Positions 37,595 to 47,562 of a DNA stretch of 64,000 nucleotides are shown here, in pieces (the first letter of the stretch is position 1; the number at the start of each line of letters is the position of its first letter). The DNA lies in NCBI GenBank assembly GCA_964397465.1, contig CAYNIC010000011.1:3503-67502 (forward strand), read 5' to 3'. The stretch is from an uncultured Rhodospirillales bacterium (GTDB lineage Bacteria > Pseudomonadota > Alphaproteobacteria > JAWKYA01). The translations under genes and the position numbers were made by a program. Under the pieces are notes generated by a model. The model searched no databases and was not told where the DNA came from. It saw only the letters and a list, made by a program, of their open reading frames with translations.

Positions 37595-40087
37595 TTAAAA
37601 TTCGTAGCCGTTGATATCGAGCCGAAACTGAGCCGTAGTTGTGGACGACCGCCAATACACCTGCTGGGTTGTGTTCAAGATCAGACGAAACTGTCCGGCG
37701 ATCCGCCATCCATCGAAGATGGTACCGCTGGCATTCCCGGCCGCGGTGTAACAGCCGCCGGTGCCGGTGGCGTCGGCGGCAATGGCGATGGTGTCGTTGG
37801 CCGAGGCGGCGGATTGGCCGATGGTTCCGGAGACCACACCCGCGGCCGGCGGCACCGCATTGGCGATGGATTGCACCGTCCAACTGGTGATGCCGGCGAT
37901 GCCGGTAAAGATGGTTTGTGGTGCCTGAATGACGCTGCGGTCGAACTGATAAAACTTCACCAGATTTGATGCGCCGTCATTGCGCGCCGACCCGACCAAG
38001 GCCTTGTAAGTATATCCGCCGGGAAGCATCGGTGTCGTTCCCGACAAGGATATCAATCCCGCCACGGTGGAGGTCGCGGCATTGTAAATGACCCACAACC
38101 GGTACCAGGTGGCGGCGGCTTCAACGCCGCTGTCCAACCCGTTGACGCCGCTGGCGGCGATGTCGACGGTAACCGCAATGTTGCTCAGCATCATCGCGTC
38201 ACCGGCGGCGTCCTTCACCATCAGTTCATCCGCGGCGATGTCGATCTTATTGGCCGGCGACGCGGCATTGACTCCGGCTTTCAGCCGTCGCGCTTGCCCG
38301 GCAAGGGTGAGGGAATGGGTAAAACTTAAAACGCCATTACCATTGGTGCGGAGAACTTGACCGGCCAGGCCGTCGCTGCCGGGAAAAACAAGACCCTTCA
38401 GTTTGATCTTGCCGCTGCCGTTGGGTGAGAGGTCGATGTCGCCGTTCCCGGTACTGACGATTTTCTTGCCATTGACGATCAAATCCCCGCCCAGTTTTGG
38501 CGCCGGATCATCTTCGATCTTCATCAATATCCCGGGGATGCCTTGCGCGCCGGTGTCGCCTTTCATCGCCAGGACATCCCAATAGATCCCGTTGGGCGGC
38601 GTGTGATTGATATGGGCGATTTTGCAGCGATAACTGCTGCCGGCAAGGGTTGCCACATCGCCGATGACATAGGACGTTACCGCCGACCATGCGCCTTTCC
38701 AGGCCAAGGCGCCGTCATTGCCGGCAAGGCCGTCCACGGCGACCAAGGCCCATTGCGGCGTGGTTGCCGTAAGACCGATGCGGCTTGGCGTGATGCCTTG
38801 ATGATCGACGGCGGCGATATAGGTTGCGCCGCTGGCATCATGGCGGACGACATCGCCGCGTTTGTAGGATGTCGTCATTTCCCACGCGGCCATCCAAGCG
38901 AATCCAAGCTCGGTCAAGGGCAAGGGTACAACCGTAACCGACTTGCCGGTCCACACCATCCATCGTGCGGCATAGGAGGGCGACGTCAGATCAACGGGGG
39001 TGCCGCCGCCGCTGGCGTCGGTTGTTCCCGCCTGGGCGATGTCGCCGGCGGCGAAACCGCTGCCGCCCGCCAGTTGGGGATTGGCCCCGGCTTTGTTGTA
39101 AACGTATCCGTGGCTGTGGGTTGGAAGTTCCGCCAAGGTTAGACTGTGTTTCTCTTCGCCGAAACTTGCGCCCAGTTGGCGAAGAGTAAGACCGGCACCT
39201 TGTCCTGCACCGACGATGGCACGGCCGCGCAAGTCGGGAAGTTTGACTGTGTCGTGCAAAAGCCACGTCTCGCTTCCCTGGTTAGGCGGCAAGGTGCGGA
39301 GGATGGAAAACAGGTTTTCATAGGCGCCATGGGCATGATCCGCTCCGCTTGAGGCGTCGCCCAAGGTTTTGCCATCGAGCTCCAGCCATCCGTCGGGCGC
39401 CATGCCGCCAAGGAGGCCGCCGAGAAACGGATGAATGGTGCCGACCGGTATCGCCGCCGCGACCTGACTGTTAAGGGCGTTCAAGCTGGCGGTGACACCG
39501 TTTAATGCCGCGGTACTGGCGGCGCCCAAGGTGGATCGTCCCGCTGCGGGATTTCCTGCCGCCAATAATGTCTCGCCAAATCCCGACACCGCCAGGTTTC
39601 CCGGCGGGGTGGCGATAATGGCCGTGGGCCGCCCCTCCGCATCAAAGCCCAGCGCTCGCCCGGCGCGAAGCGGCGCCAAGGGCAAGGTCATATCGACGTC
39701 GCTGTCGAACGGCGCCTTGGCAAGGGCATCGCCGGTCAAAGCCTGAACCTGCTGCACGCCCAAGGTCAAACGATCCAGTTCTTCATTCACCACTGCGGCG
39801 CGAAAGGATTCGCCATCGATGAAATCGGTGGTGCGGCTGATCGGCATGGCGCGGCTGATGGTCACCCGGCATCCGGCGGGCGGCGGAATAAAAAATACCA
39901 CATCACCGCCGCTGCTATTTCCGATGCCGGTAACCGTATAGGTGTTGATCGGCGCCCATTGGTCGTTCAACGCGACCTTTAAATCATCGCCGTTCAGAAT
40001 GGGGAAGTCGTAAGCAAAGGCCGTGACGGCGCCGGTGCCCCAATGCTGAAGGCGTGGCCGGACATCGCCGATGAGAAGATCGGACAT
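37595..40087 (-). CDS. Tail fibre protein with phage tail-collar domain
   Basis: 830 aa. Collar motif ...APDGWLELDGKTL...VKLPDLRGRAIVGAG...LTLAELPTHSHG. Confidence 0.7.
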   Translation of the reverse strand: MSDLLIGDVRPRLQHWGTGAVTAFAYDFPILNGDDLKVALNDQWAPINTYTVTGIGNSSGGDVVFFIPPPAGCRVTISRAMPISRTTDFIDGESFRAAVVNEELDRLTLGVQQVQALTGDALAKAPFDSDVDMTLPLAPLRAGRALGFDAEGRPTAIIATPPGNLAVSGFGETLLAAGNPAAGRSTLGAASTAALNGVTASLNALNSQVAAAIPVGTIHPFLGGLLGGMAPDGWLELDGKTLGDASSGADHAHGAYENLFSILRTLPPNQGSETWLLHDTVKLPDLRGRAIVGAGQGAGLTLRQLGASFGEEKHSLTLAELPTHSHGYVYNKAGANPQLAGGSGFAAGDIAQAGTTDASGGGTPVDLTSPSYAARWMVWTGKSVTVVPLPLTELGFAWMAAWEMTTSYKRGDVVRHDASGATYIAAVDHQGITPSRIGLTATTPQWALVAVDGLAGNDGALAWKGAWSAVTSYVIGDVATLAGSSYRCKIAHINHTPPNGIYWDVLAMKGDTGAQGIPGILMKIEDDPAPKLGGDLIVNGKKIVSTGNGDIDLSPNGSGKIKLKGLVFPGSDGLAGQVLRTNGNGVLSFTHSLTLAGQARRLKAGVNAASPANKIDIAADELMVKDAAGDAMMLSNIAVTVDIAASGVNGLDSGVEAAATWYRLWVIYNAATSTVAGLISLSGTTPMLPGGYTYKALVGSARNDGASNLVKFYQFDRSVIQAPQTIFTGIAGITSWTVQSIANAVPPAAGVVSGTIGQSAASANDTIAIAADATGTGGCYTAAGNASGTIFDGWRIAGQFRLILNTTQQVYWRSSTTTAQFRLDINGYEF

Positions 40088-40111
40088 GAGAGTGTCTCCT
40101 TATAGAGGCGC

Positions 40112-40603
40112 TTAACGGATCAGGGATATTTGCTGAATGGCGTAGTGGGTTCCGGTGTCCAGCAGGCTGCGGCCGATGGCGTTCGCCGGCGACAAGCGAC
40201 GCTCGCGGTCCAAAATCTTGGCGCGCTGCTGCGTTTGGGCGATTGCGGCGCCGTTGTCGGCGAGGTCAGCATCCCGTTTGGCCAAGGCTTGTTCCGTCGC
40301 GTCGGCATGACGCGATTGCATCGCCTGTTGCAAGGCCGCCGTACTGCCGCCGTCATCATTGATGCCGCGCGCCGCCGCACTGGTGCGGGCGCCGCCCAAC
40401 TCGCGGCGTAACCCAAGGCGCCGGGTCGCTTGATCGGTCTCGAAGTTGTCGGCGATCAGCGAGCGTCGCCGCTGCAAGGACGCCAGTTGCTGCTGGGCAG
40501 CGAGGCTTTGCGCTTTCGCTTCGGCCCGGCGGGCGGGAAGATTCAGCGCCGTTTGGGCTGCTGTGGCGGCAAGCTGTGGAAGTAACGGGGTTGACGCGGC
40601 CAT
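40112..40603 (-). CDS. Ala/Gln-rich coiled-coil virion protein (hypothetical)
   Basis: 163 aa of low-complexity helical sequence. Start/stop junction shared with the upstream gene. Confidence 0.45.
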   Translation of the reverse strand: MAASTPLLPQLAATAAQTALNLPARRAEAKAQSLAAQQQLASLQRRRSLIADNFETDQATRRLGLRRELGGARTSAAARGINDDGGSTAALQQAMQSRHADATEQALAKRDADLADNGAAIAQTQQRAKILDRERRLSPANAIGRSLLDTGTHYAIQQISLIR

Positions 40604-42501
40604 CAGTCATTCACCTTAAGTTCGCAGTTGACGGAAAGAAGCGTGAAGGAAAAAGGATTGCTTTGGGTAATGCGCCACAGCGGTTCCAGCGCGCCGCGAT
40701 GCCAGCCCAAGGCCCGCACCGTGACATCGCCGGTATAGGCCGCCGGCGGTGAGTCAAGATTGACGCCGCCGATCGTCTGCAACGGAACCAATCTTGGTCC
40801 GCGGCCCACATCAACCATCAAGGCGGGGGTGTCTTTGATGCGGAAGGTGGCGCGGATCAGCCGCAAGGGCTCACCCTGAAGTTCTCCGTTGTCCGACGGC
40901 GGCAGGGGCTCGATGCTGTGGGTAAAGGCAAGACCTACTTCGATGCGGGTGGCGGTGGCGGCCAGAGAAATCACCCCGCCTTTGACCTTATAAAGGCCGA
41001 GCGGCCGGCCATCGGCGATGACCGTCACCCATTTGTCGTTGAGATGGGACAGCCCGCCCCAAATCGATTGGGCTTGTTCGGTTTCGCCCAACAAGGCGGC
41101 ATCACTGTTAAGTTGCGGATCAAATTTTTCGATCCGAAAATCGGCAAAACGTTTGGCCAAGGCATAGACGTCGCCGCCCACCACGGCGACGGCATGAAAC
41201 TCGCCGTCGGTTTCCAACCGCGTCCAGGCGGTGACATTCTCCGAGCGATAAAGGGTAAGGGCGCCGAGGCCGCCGTCGCTCATCACCACGTAAAGCACCC
41301 GCGACTTATCGGCGTAATCCATGTCGATCGGATCCGTCACCAGATGCGGAGCCAGCACCGAGAGGTCGCGGGCTTGGTAAGCCGCCTCGGCATCGGTATA
41401 AAGAAGTTCGCGAATTTGCCGGCCGCTGCGCGCGGCAAACAGGGTTGCGCCTTCAACCGCGCGGGGTGGTACGGTGCGATCAGGGTGTGAGCCGACGGTG
41501 GTTTGCCGTTTCGCCTGGACCGTGGCGGGAGATAACGGCTCGCCGGTGATCTGCCACTCGCCGCCGGTGGTCAAAACAAACAGCGTCAGACCGGAATGCA
41601 TCCCGCGAATGGCGTCGACCTGTTCCGACAACAATCCGAACTCGATCGCATCGTCATCCTCGCCGATGCCAAGATCAAAGTTGAACAGATCCGAAGTCCG
41701 CGACATCCAGATCCGGTTGGGGATCGACCGGGCGCCGCCGAACACCAACCGGTCTTGGGCGAAGGCGACGCTGGCGGGCCAGCCGCGATAGGGTGAAAAC
41801 GCCTGCTCGGACCAATCGGTGATGGCGGTGGTGTTGGGCAAGGACAGGGCCAGCGTCACCTTCACCGCCGTTGCCGAGGTGACCTCGATGATGGCGACAT
41901 CCTGGTTGGGCAGGCGTAAGTATGCGCCCAGCTGCGCCGGATCAAACACCGGTGCCGATGCGGTCAAGGTAATGGTGCCAGAGGTGCCGCTGGGCGTTAA
42001 GGTCACGGTATCTCCGGCGAAACGATAGAACGGATGATAGCGGCGTTTGGTTGTCGTATTGGCGACAAAGGTTAGATCCGCCAAAACCCAGGTTTGCGGC
42101 CCTAGACGGGTGAGGGTCTTTGGCGCAACATCGGGATGACAAATAAACAACGTGTCCGCACTTTGCGCCCAAGTCAGACGCTTGATCTGATCCGCCGTCC
42201 ACGGCGTGGCCACGGTGGCGATGACCGCATCATGGTGCAGGATGGTGATCTGCTGATGGGTGACGACCAACAGATAAGTCTGCTCGGCATTAAAGGCGAA
42301 ACCGATCAGACGGCCGGAGCCCGCGGCGATGGCGATATGACGCAGGCCAGGCCGGCGCGTCACGCCTCCGGTCGGCTGCACCAAAATATTGCGCAGTTTT
42401 TTTGCGGCGTTGCTGTACGACGCAAGATCGCCCCGGCCGTAAAGATCGCTCGATACTTCGCCGGCGGTGAAATTATTTTTGAGAACCCGCATGCGTCCCA
42501 T
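40603..42501 (-). CDS. Large tail/nozzle protein (T7 gp12 tubular-B position)
   Basis: ATG at 42501 after GGAGGAGG; 632 aa. Assigned by size and synteny only. Confidence 0.5.
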   Translation of the reverse strand: MGRMRVLKNNFTAGEVSSDLYGRGDLASYSNAAKKLRNILVQPTGGVTRRPGLRHIAIAAGSGRLIGFAFNAEQTYLLVVTHQQITILHHDAVIATVATPWTADQIKRLTWAQSADTLFICHPDVAPKTLTRLGPQTWVLADLTFVANTTTKRRYHPFYRFAGDTVTLTPSGTSGTITLTASAPVFDPAQLGAYLRLPNQDVAIIEVTSATAVKVTLALSLPNTTAITDWSEQAFSPYRGWPASVAFAQDRLVFGGARSIPNRIWMSRTSDLFNFDLGIGEDDDAIEFGLLSEQVDAIRGMHSGLTLFVLTTGGEWQITGEPLSPATVQAKRQTTVGSHPDRTVPPRAVEGATLFAARSGRQIRELLYTDAEAAYQARDLSVLAPHLVTDPIDMDYADKSRVLYVVMSDGGLGALTLYRSENVTAWTRLETDGEFHAVAVVGGDVYALAKRFADFRIEKFDPQLNSDAALLGETEQAQSIWGGLSHLNDKWVTVIADGRPLGLYKVKGGVISLAATATRIEVGLAFTHSIEPLPPSDNGELQGEPLRLIRATFRIKDTPALMVDVGRGPRLVPLQTIGGVNLDSPPAAYTGDVTVRALGWHRGALEPLWRITQSNPFSFTLLSVNCELKVND

Positions 42502-42502
42502 C

Positions 42503-43069
42503 TCAGCCTCCTCCAGTCCAGCCGGTAAGATCAAATCCGCCGGCGGTTTCTTCCTGGGCGTCGATCAGACGGGCGCGGCGAAATTCTTCCTCGGCGGCAC
42601 GGGCCAAGGCTTCGGCCCGGGATGAATTCTCGGTCAAAGGAATGCAGAACTCGGCCGCCAGGCGCGCGATCAGCACATGATCAAAGAACGGCGGAAAATC
42701 CGCTTCGCCGGGGCGAAAAATATAGGTCAGGATCACTTCATCGGCGTGGGCGTGAAGCCGCCGCTCGGCGATGCGGTAGGTAAGCCCGCGCCCGCGACGG
42801 CCGTTACCGGCGGAAAGGGCGCGAAGATAATCGCCGGGCAATTGAAACGCATAGGCATAGTCGGCGGGGGGCGAGGCCGCCAAGGGCGCAAGCCGCCGTT
42901 GCGCCGTGGCGAAATTCCACGGATGGGCGGAGAGCAGGGCGTCCCGCGTCGACGGATAAAGCAGGCTGGCCACCTCGGCGGCAGCGGAGCCTTCGTCAAA
43001 TCCTAAAATAGGCGCGGCGCCGATTTTCACCAGCGCTCGGGCACAAAGTTGAATGGCGCTCAGAGCCAT
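42503..43069 (-). CDS. Adaptor / tail tubular-A-position protein
   Basis: ATG at 43069; 188 aa. N-terminus MALSAIQLCARALVKIGAAPI...HPWNFA resembles podovirus adaptor-type proteins. Synteny supports the call. Confidence 0.45.
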   Translation of the reverse strand: MALSAIQLCARALVKIGAAPILGFDEGSAAAEVASLLYPSTRDALLSAHPWNFATAQRRLAPLAASPPADYAYAFQLPGDYLRALSAGNGRRGRGLTYRIAERRLHAHADEVILTYIFRPGEADFPPFFDHVLIARLAAEFCIPLTENSSRAEALARAAEEEFRRARLIDAQEETAGGFDLTGWTGGG

Positions 43070-43152
43070 GGCTCGTTGCCTTTCCCATAAAAAAGCTCCG
43101 CGGCGATGAACCATCGCCGGCGGAGCCGATCACAACAGAGAAAATAGATTTA

Positions 43153-43410
43153 TTAGTCGGTGTTCACGCTGCCGACGGCGGTCATGTCGGCGACATCGAC
43201 CGTGCCGTTCTGGCTGGAAGCGATCAGAAGAATGCCGGCGCCGCCGTTGACATTGGCGAGAATCATATCGCCTTTGCGCAGCATATCTACGGCGGGATTA
43301 AAATAGCCGTTGGTATCGACGATGTCGGCGGTATCGGTCGAGGCATAATGCCAAAGGGTAAAGCCGTTGGCATAGGCCAGCACCGAAAGGTTTCTGGCAA
43401 GATAGGCCAT
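43153..43410 (-). CDS. Small capsid-associated hypothetical protein
   Basis: 85 aa, directly downstream of the capsid gene. Confidence 0.45.
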   Translation of the reverse strand: MAYLARNLSVLAYANGFTLWHYASTDTADIVDTNGYFNPAVDMLRKGDMILANVNGGAGILLIASSQNGTVDVADMTAVGSVNTD

Positions 43411-43448
43411 GAAGATCTCCTTTATCTCTTTAAGCTAAGGGTGAAATT

Positions 43449-44273
43449 TTACGCTTCGCTGCACGGCAGGGTGACAAGACCGGTGCCATCGACCAGCACC
43501 GCGCCCAAGGACAGCGAGCAGCTGACGAACCACGCGGCCCGATCGTTGTGATAGGCGATGTCGGTGTTGACTTCCGATCCCACCGCGAGGGCAAGGGCGG
43601 TCTTGTGCCACCAATGGCACAGGCGGTGACCATTGCCGTCGAGGCCAAGGCCGGAATGGGGCATCCACAAGGTTCCCAGCCAGCGCTTGGCCTGGGTGCC
43701 GCGCCAGGGCAGATCGTCGCTGCCGACATAATCGGCATTGGCGAATTCCTGGATCATCAAGAGATCGGACCATTGTTTCCATCCCACCACGGCGTAACGA
43801 TCTCCGTCATCGGGCACATCGTTGCCGCCCAGGATGCCGAAGGCCTCCAGCACCTTTTGTTTGGTGAGACCGCCGCTAACCGTCGGAGTCAGATTGGCCG
43901 AGGTGTTCATCTGCGCCAAAATCAGCTCGTCGGTTTTGCGGCCCAAGGCATAGGCGCCGGCATTGGCCACCACCGCCCGCTCTTCGTTCTCGGTCTTAAG
44001 TTCGTCCAGGGCGTCCACCCATTCGCCGGCATAGTAATCCGACAGAAAACATTCGATCGGCGCGTGATCGATGTTCATCACCGGCACCTTGCCGTGTCGC
44101 GCTTTGGTCGAAGCGCTGCCCTTGCCGACTTTTTGAAACACGGTGGAGGCGCCTTTAACGCTGCCCTTGGCGCGAACGCAAGGGCGGAGCTTGGCGCCCG
44201 TACGCTGATAGGCTTCGTGAACTTCCTTTTCGAACTGCTTGATGAAAGCAGCATCAATGGAGGGTTTATTCAT
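43449..44273 (-). CDS. Major capsid protein (putative)
   Basis: 274 aa, positioned after the scaffold-like gene. N-terminal FIKQFEKEVHEAYQ... pattern resembles small podovirus coat proteins. Confidence 0.65.
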   Translation of the reverse strand: MNKPSIDAAFIKQFEKEVHEAYQRTGAKLRPCVRAKGSVKGASTVFQKVGKGSASTKARHGKVPVMNIDHAPIECFLSDYYAGEWVDALDELKTENEERAVVANAGAYALGRKTDELILAQMNTSANLTPTVSGGLTKQKVLEAFGILGGNDVPDDGDRYAVVGWKQWSDLLMIQEFANADYVGSDDLPWRGTQAKRWLGTLWMPHSGLGLDGNGHRLCHWWHKTALALAVGSEVNTDIAYHNDRAAWFVSCSLSLGAVLVDGTGLVTLPCSEA

Positions 44274-44394
44274 GGTGATCCTTTCAGAAAAAATAAACGG
44301 TTGAGTCCGGCCACGGGTTATCCGCGCAGGGGCGGGCTTGCAGCCGGATGAAGGAAAAAGACGGGCCGCCGCAACGGTTGTCCGTAATTAAGAC

Positions 44395-45132
44395 TTATGA
44401 ACTGGGGTAAAGACGGCGGAAGCCCTCGCTGACCTCGGCCACAAAGGCGGGGTCTTTGTGCTTCCAATAGCGGGGATCGCGCATCATCTTGGTCAGATCC
44501 TCTTCGGTTAAACTTGCAACCGCGGTGCCGCCACCGCCAAGCCGCGGCGGCGATCCGCTTTGCATCATGGCGTGAAGCGCCAGAACGCCGTCGCTGGTCG
44601 AGGCCAAGGCGTCGAACACGTCGCGCGGCAGGTGGGCCGTGCCCCAGGCGTTGAGTTGCCGGGCGATTTCGCGCCATGCCGTATCGCCGCCGAAATGGGC
44701 GATCAGTCGCTCGCGCTGTTTTTGCGCCTCGAATTCCGACGCCAGATCGGTGATCGCCGGCAGCATGCGTTCGCCGGCGAGATCGTAAACCAGCTGAGCT
44801 TGGCGCGGCGTGAAGTGGGCCGCGTGCAGGCGACCGTTGACATCCGGATCAATGTCCAGAAAATCGGTGCTAAGATTGATCTCGTAAGCATCGGGTGTGT
44901 CGGGGATACCGAGCGCCCGGCGGAAGGCTGCGGTCTCCGTCTCGTCGGCATCATCTCGCGGCACCCGCACCATGGTCGATAGTTTTCGCTCCAGCTCCAA
45001 ATAGGATCGCGCCAGTTTCGCCACATCGGGCGCGCCGGTTTGCGGGTCCAAAAATTTCTGGGGAATTTGCACCGTGTCGGATGAAGGGGCGGCGGGCGTA
45101 TCCGATGGTGTGGTCAGTAAACTCTCGGTCAT
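44395..45132 (-). CDS. Scaffolding-like protein
   Basis: ORF trimmed to the ATG at 45132 after AAGGA, 5 nt below the portal stop. 246 aa, helical and acidic. Sits between the portal and capsid genes. Confidence 0.5.
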   Translation of the reverse strand: MTESLLTTPSDTPAAPSSDTVQIPQKFLDPQTGAPDVAKLARSYLELERKLSTMVRVPRDDADETETAAFRRALGIPDTPDAYEINLSTDFLDIDPDVNGRLHAAHFTPRQAQLVYDLAGERMLPAITDLASEFEAQKQRERLIAHFGGDTAWREIARQLNAWGTAHLPRDVFDALASTSDGVLALHAMMQSGSPPRLGGGGTAVASLTEEDLTKMMRDPRYWKHKDPAFVAEVSEGFRRLYPSS

Positions 45133-45136
45133 GGCA

Positions 45137-46669
45137 TTATCCTTTTGTCGACGAAAGGGTTTGCGCCTCAACAGAGGCAGGTAAAATTTCAGAAGAAATC
45201 GCTGCTGGAACATCGGGACGTAACAGGCTCGCCGGCAGGTCCAGCATCTTGGCGGCCCATCTGGCGGCGGCCGGCGCATCCAAGGTCGCGGCGGCGTCCG
45301 GCCCCAACTGCTTGGCGATGTCCAGCCACGACAAGGCGCCTTGCGCCTCCAACTGGGCTTGCCGCCGCGCCAAGGGCGATCGGTATTGCAAGGTGATGGT
45401 GCGACCATCCAAGGTCAGGTTCGGCAATTCGCCGCGCCGGGATAAAATCGCCAAGGCCCGCGCCACCAACGGCGTCAAAAGTTCGGCCTGCAGCCGGCCG
45501 TAGGTTGCGCCCAATAACCGCGCGGTCTCCGCCGCCCGGTGCAGAACTTCGGTTGCGGTCATGCCCGGCGTCGCCACACTTGCCAGGCGGTCGGTCAGCA
45601 GACTGGAGCGGATCGCTTGCCGTAGGGTGGCAAGAGTCAAATCCGAGACATTGAAATTTCCCGGCACCTGCAAGGGCGTCAGGCCCGATGAGCCGACCGC
45701 CTTGGGAATGATGGTGCCCGGCACCAACCTCACCGTCGCCGGATTTAAAACACCGTCGTCATCGGCCTGCCAAATGCCGGTGACGGCGATGGCGGCGTTT
45801 TTCAGCGTCAACTCAACCACCTTGTTGGCGGTTTTGATATCGGGCAATGCCTTCATCACCGGCGAGCGGCCATAGGCCTCGCCCGGCGCTTTCATCCAGC
45901 GAAACGACAAAAAGGGCGATTGATCCAATCGCGCCTTGGCCAAAAGATGCGGGCCGTTGAATTTCTCCGCACCGCCTTCCAACACCGCGACGTAATCGTA
46001 ACCGTTGCCGGTCTCGCGGGGGACCACCGCTTCGATCACCGTGTAAAGACGATCGCTGTCGGTTGCGGCGGAAGCGGGAATCTCCGCTGCGGGAAAGCGG
46101 CTGTGCAGTTGCAGCCGGCTCAACCGATTGCGACGATAGGCGATATCCAACCTTCCCTCGGCGCCTTCCTCCAACACCACATCCCACAACGGCACGGCGG
46201 CAAAGCGAAAGGCGCTGGGTTGTCCCGGGGCGGTTTCTTCAAAGGACAAACAAGCCGTGCCCGACACCACCAAATCCAGAAAGCATTGATGAATCTCCAC
46301 CGCAAAATTCGAGCGATCGAAATGCTGCTGCAGAATCTCGGCGGCGCGATCGAGTTTCGGCGCCAGGTCGCCGTGCAGGTGTTCGGGAATTTCCCGGCCG
46401 GGGGCAAAGCCGAACCATCTGGCCCAGGGCGGCGTCAGTTCAGCCAGCAAACTGGCCGCCAATTGATCCACCGCATCGGGGGCGGTGCCGTCGAACAACC
46501 GCTCGCGGCTGGCGGCGGATAGACTGGAGGGCCCCGCTCCGGCAAAGGGCGTCTCATCCCGCGACGGCAAACTGTAGGCATAGCAGTCGCGCCACACCGA
46601 CTCCCAGGCGCTGCGCTGCATCTTGGCGCGGTGAAACCGGGCCATCACGCTTTCCGGCGTCATGATCAC
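45137..46669 (-). CDS. Portal (head-to-tail connector) protein
   Basis: 510 aa. N-terminal RFHRAKMQRSAWESVWRDCYAYSLP resembles the T7-type connector family. Position is upstream of the scaffold and capsid genes. Confidence 0.7.
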   Translation of the reverse strand: MIMTPESVMARFHRAKMQRSAWESVWRDCYAYSLPSRDETPFAGAGPSSLSAASRERLFDGTAPDAVDQLAASLLAELTPPWARWFGFAPGREIPEHLHGDLAPKLDRAAEILQQHFDRSNFAVEIHQCFLDLVVSGTACLSFEETAPGQPSAFRFAAVPLWDVVLEEGAEGRLDIAYRRNRLSRLQLHSRFPAAEIPASAATDSDRLYTVIEAVVPRETGNGYDYVAVLEGGAEKFNGPHLLAKARLDQSPFLSFRWMKAPGEAYGRSPVMKALPDIKTANKVVELTLKNAAIAVTGIWQADDDGVLNPATVRLVPGTIIPKAVGSSGLTPLQVPGNFNVSDLTLATLRQAIRSSLLTDRLASVATPGMTATEVLHRAAETARLLGATYGRLQAELLTPLVARALAILSRRGELPNLTLDGRTITLQYRSPLARRQAQLEAQGALSWLDIAKQLGPDAAATLDAPAAARWAAKMLDLPASLLRPDVPAAISSEILPASVEAQTLSSTKG

Positions 46670-46884
46670 TCTCCCAATAAAATTTTGCGGGCGGGGATAA
46701 GGCGCGCCGATTTGCCGGCGGTAATGGCAGGCTGCTCCAGCACGCCGGTCAGTCCGGTTTTGACGGTGGTGGCAAGGCCGCGGCGAATCCGGCGGTGCGG
46801 GTGAAGATCTTCCTTCACCGCGGCGGATAGGGGCGGCGGTGCCGGAACCGGCGGTGGGGTGGGGGCGATAAAGCGGCTGGCCAT
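46666..46884 (-). CDS. Hypothetical Pro-rich 72-aa protein
   Basis: ATG at 46884 after GGGAGA. ATGA overlap with the portal start. Confidence 0.35.
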   Translation of the reverse strand: MASRFIAPTPPPVPAPPPLSAAVKEDLHPHRRIRRGLATTVKTGLTGVLEQPAITAGKSARLIPARKILLGE

Positions 46885-46993
46885 CAAGGATCTCCCTGAA
46901 GCAGGTGGAACGAACGGGACAAAGGGTGGAAAAAACAAAACCCGCCGCGGTTTCCCGGGGCGGGTGAGAAGAGGCGGAGTCATGGCCTCATGT

Positions 46994-47008
46994 GTTCCTA
47001 TATAGTTC
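46994..47008. promoter_or_regulatory. Alphaproteobacterial-type SOS (LexA) box GTTC-N7-GTTC
   Basis: GTTC ctatata GTTC read directly. Overlaps the -10 of the promoter listed next. Confidence 0.65.
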
Positions 47009-47027
47009 TCTTTTCAGTTCCTGTCAA
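46999..47027 (-). promoter_or_regulatory. Near-consensus sigma70-type promoter for the portal-to-holin genes
   Basis: The minus strand reads TTGACA (47027-47022), 17 nt, TATATA (47004-46999). Confidence 0.6.
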
Positions 47028-47109
47028 CGGTATTTTTTCTTAAAAAATGAAAAAGAAGCTGGCCGCCTGTGGGCAAGGTTTCCTTCCGGCTGAATCCCCA
47101 GCGTCTATT

Positions 47110-47562
47110 TCAAGAACGGCTTACCCGACCCGCGGGATTTAAAAGACGTCCCGCGTTCCTGTCCGTCAGGGATAAAAATAACCGCCATGGGGTCCAAATA
47201 AATCGGCGCCGCAGGTGCAAAATATTTTTTACCACGGCAACGCAGGTCATCGGCCGCAGCAGGTTAAGACAAGATCGATGGCGCCGCGGGGTGCGGGTCA
47301 TCGGCATCATCACGGGAATCGGCACCGCACCCTTTGCGGTATAGAATCGAATCATCTCCGCAACGGAGTAGGGAGGAAGGAGTTTGATCATCAGACGGCC
47401 GCACAGGGGATCCACCATGATCCATCCGCTGGCGATTCGATAAAGGATAAAGCAATGGCGGAAGCCTCGTTTCAACAGATAAAACCATGGAAATTCCAGC
47501 TCGCCGCGAAATACCACGATCGCCGTAACCCCGCGGCGCGGACGATCAGAGTCGGCGGTCAT
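47110..47562 (-). CDS. Hypothetical 150-aa protein
   Basis: The 244-aa track ORF is trimmed to the ATG at 47562, which overlaps the upstream stop (ATGA). No family recognised. Confidence 0.45.
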   Translation of the reverse strand: MTADSDRPRRGVTAIVVFRGELEFPWFYLLKRGFRHCFILYRIASGWIMVDPLCGRLMIKLLPPYSVAEMIRFYTAKGAVPIPVMMPMTRTPRRHRSCLNLLRPMTCVAVVKNILHLRRRFIWTPWRLFLSLTDRNAGRLLNPAGRVSRS

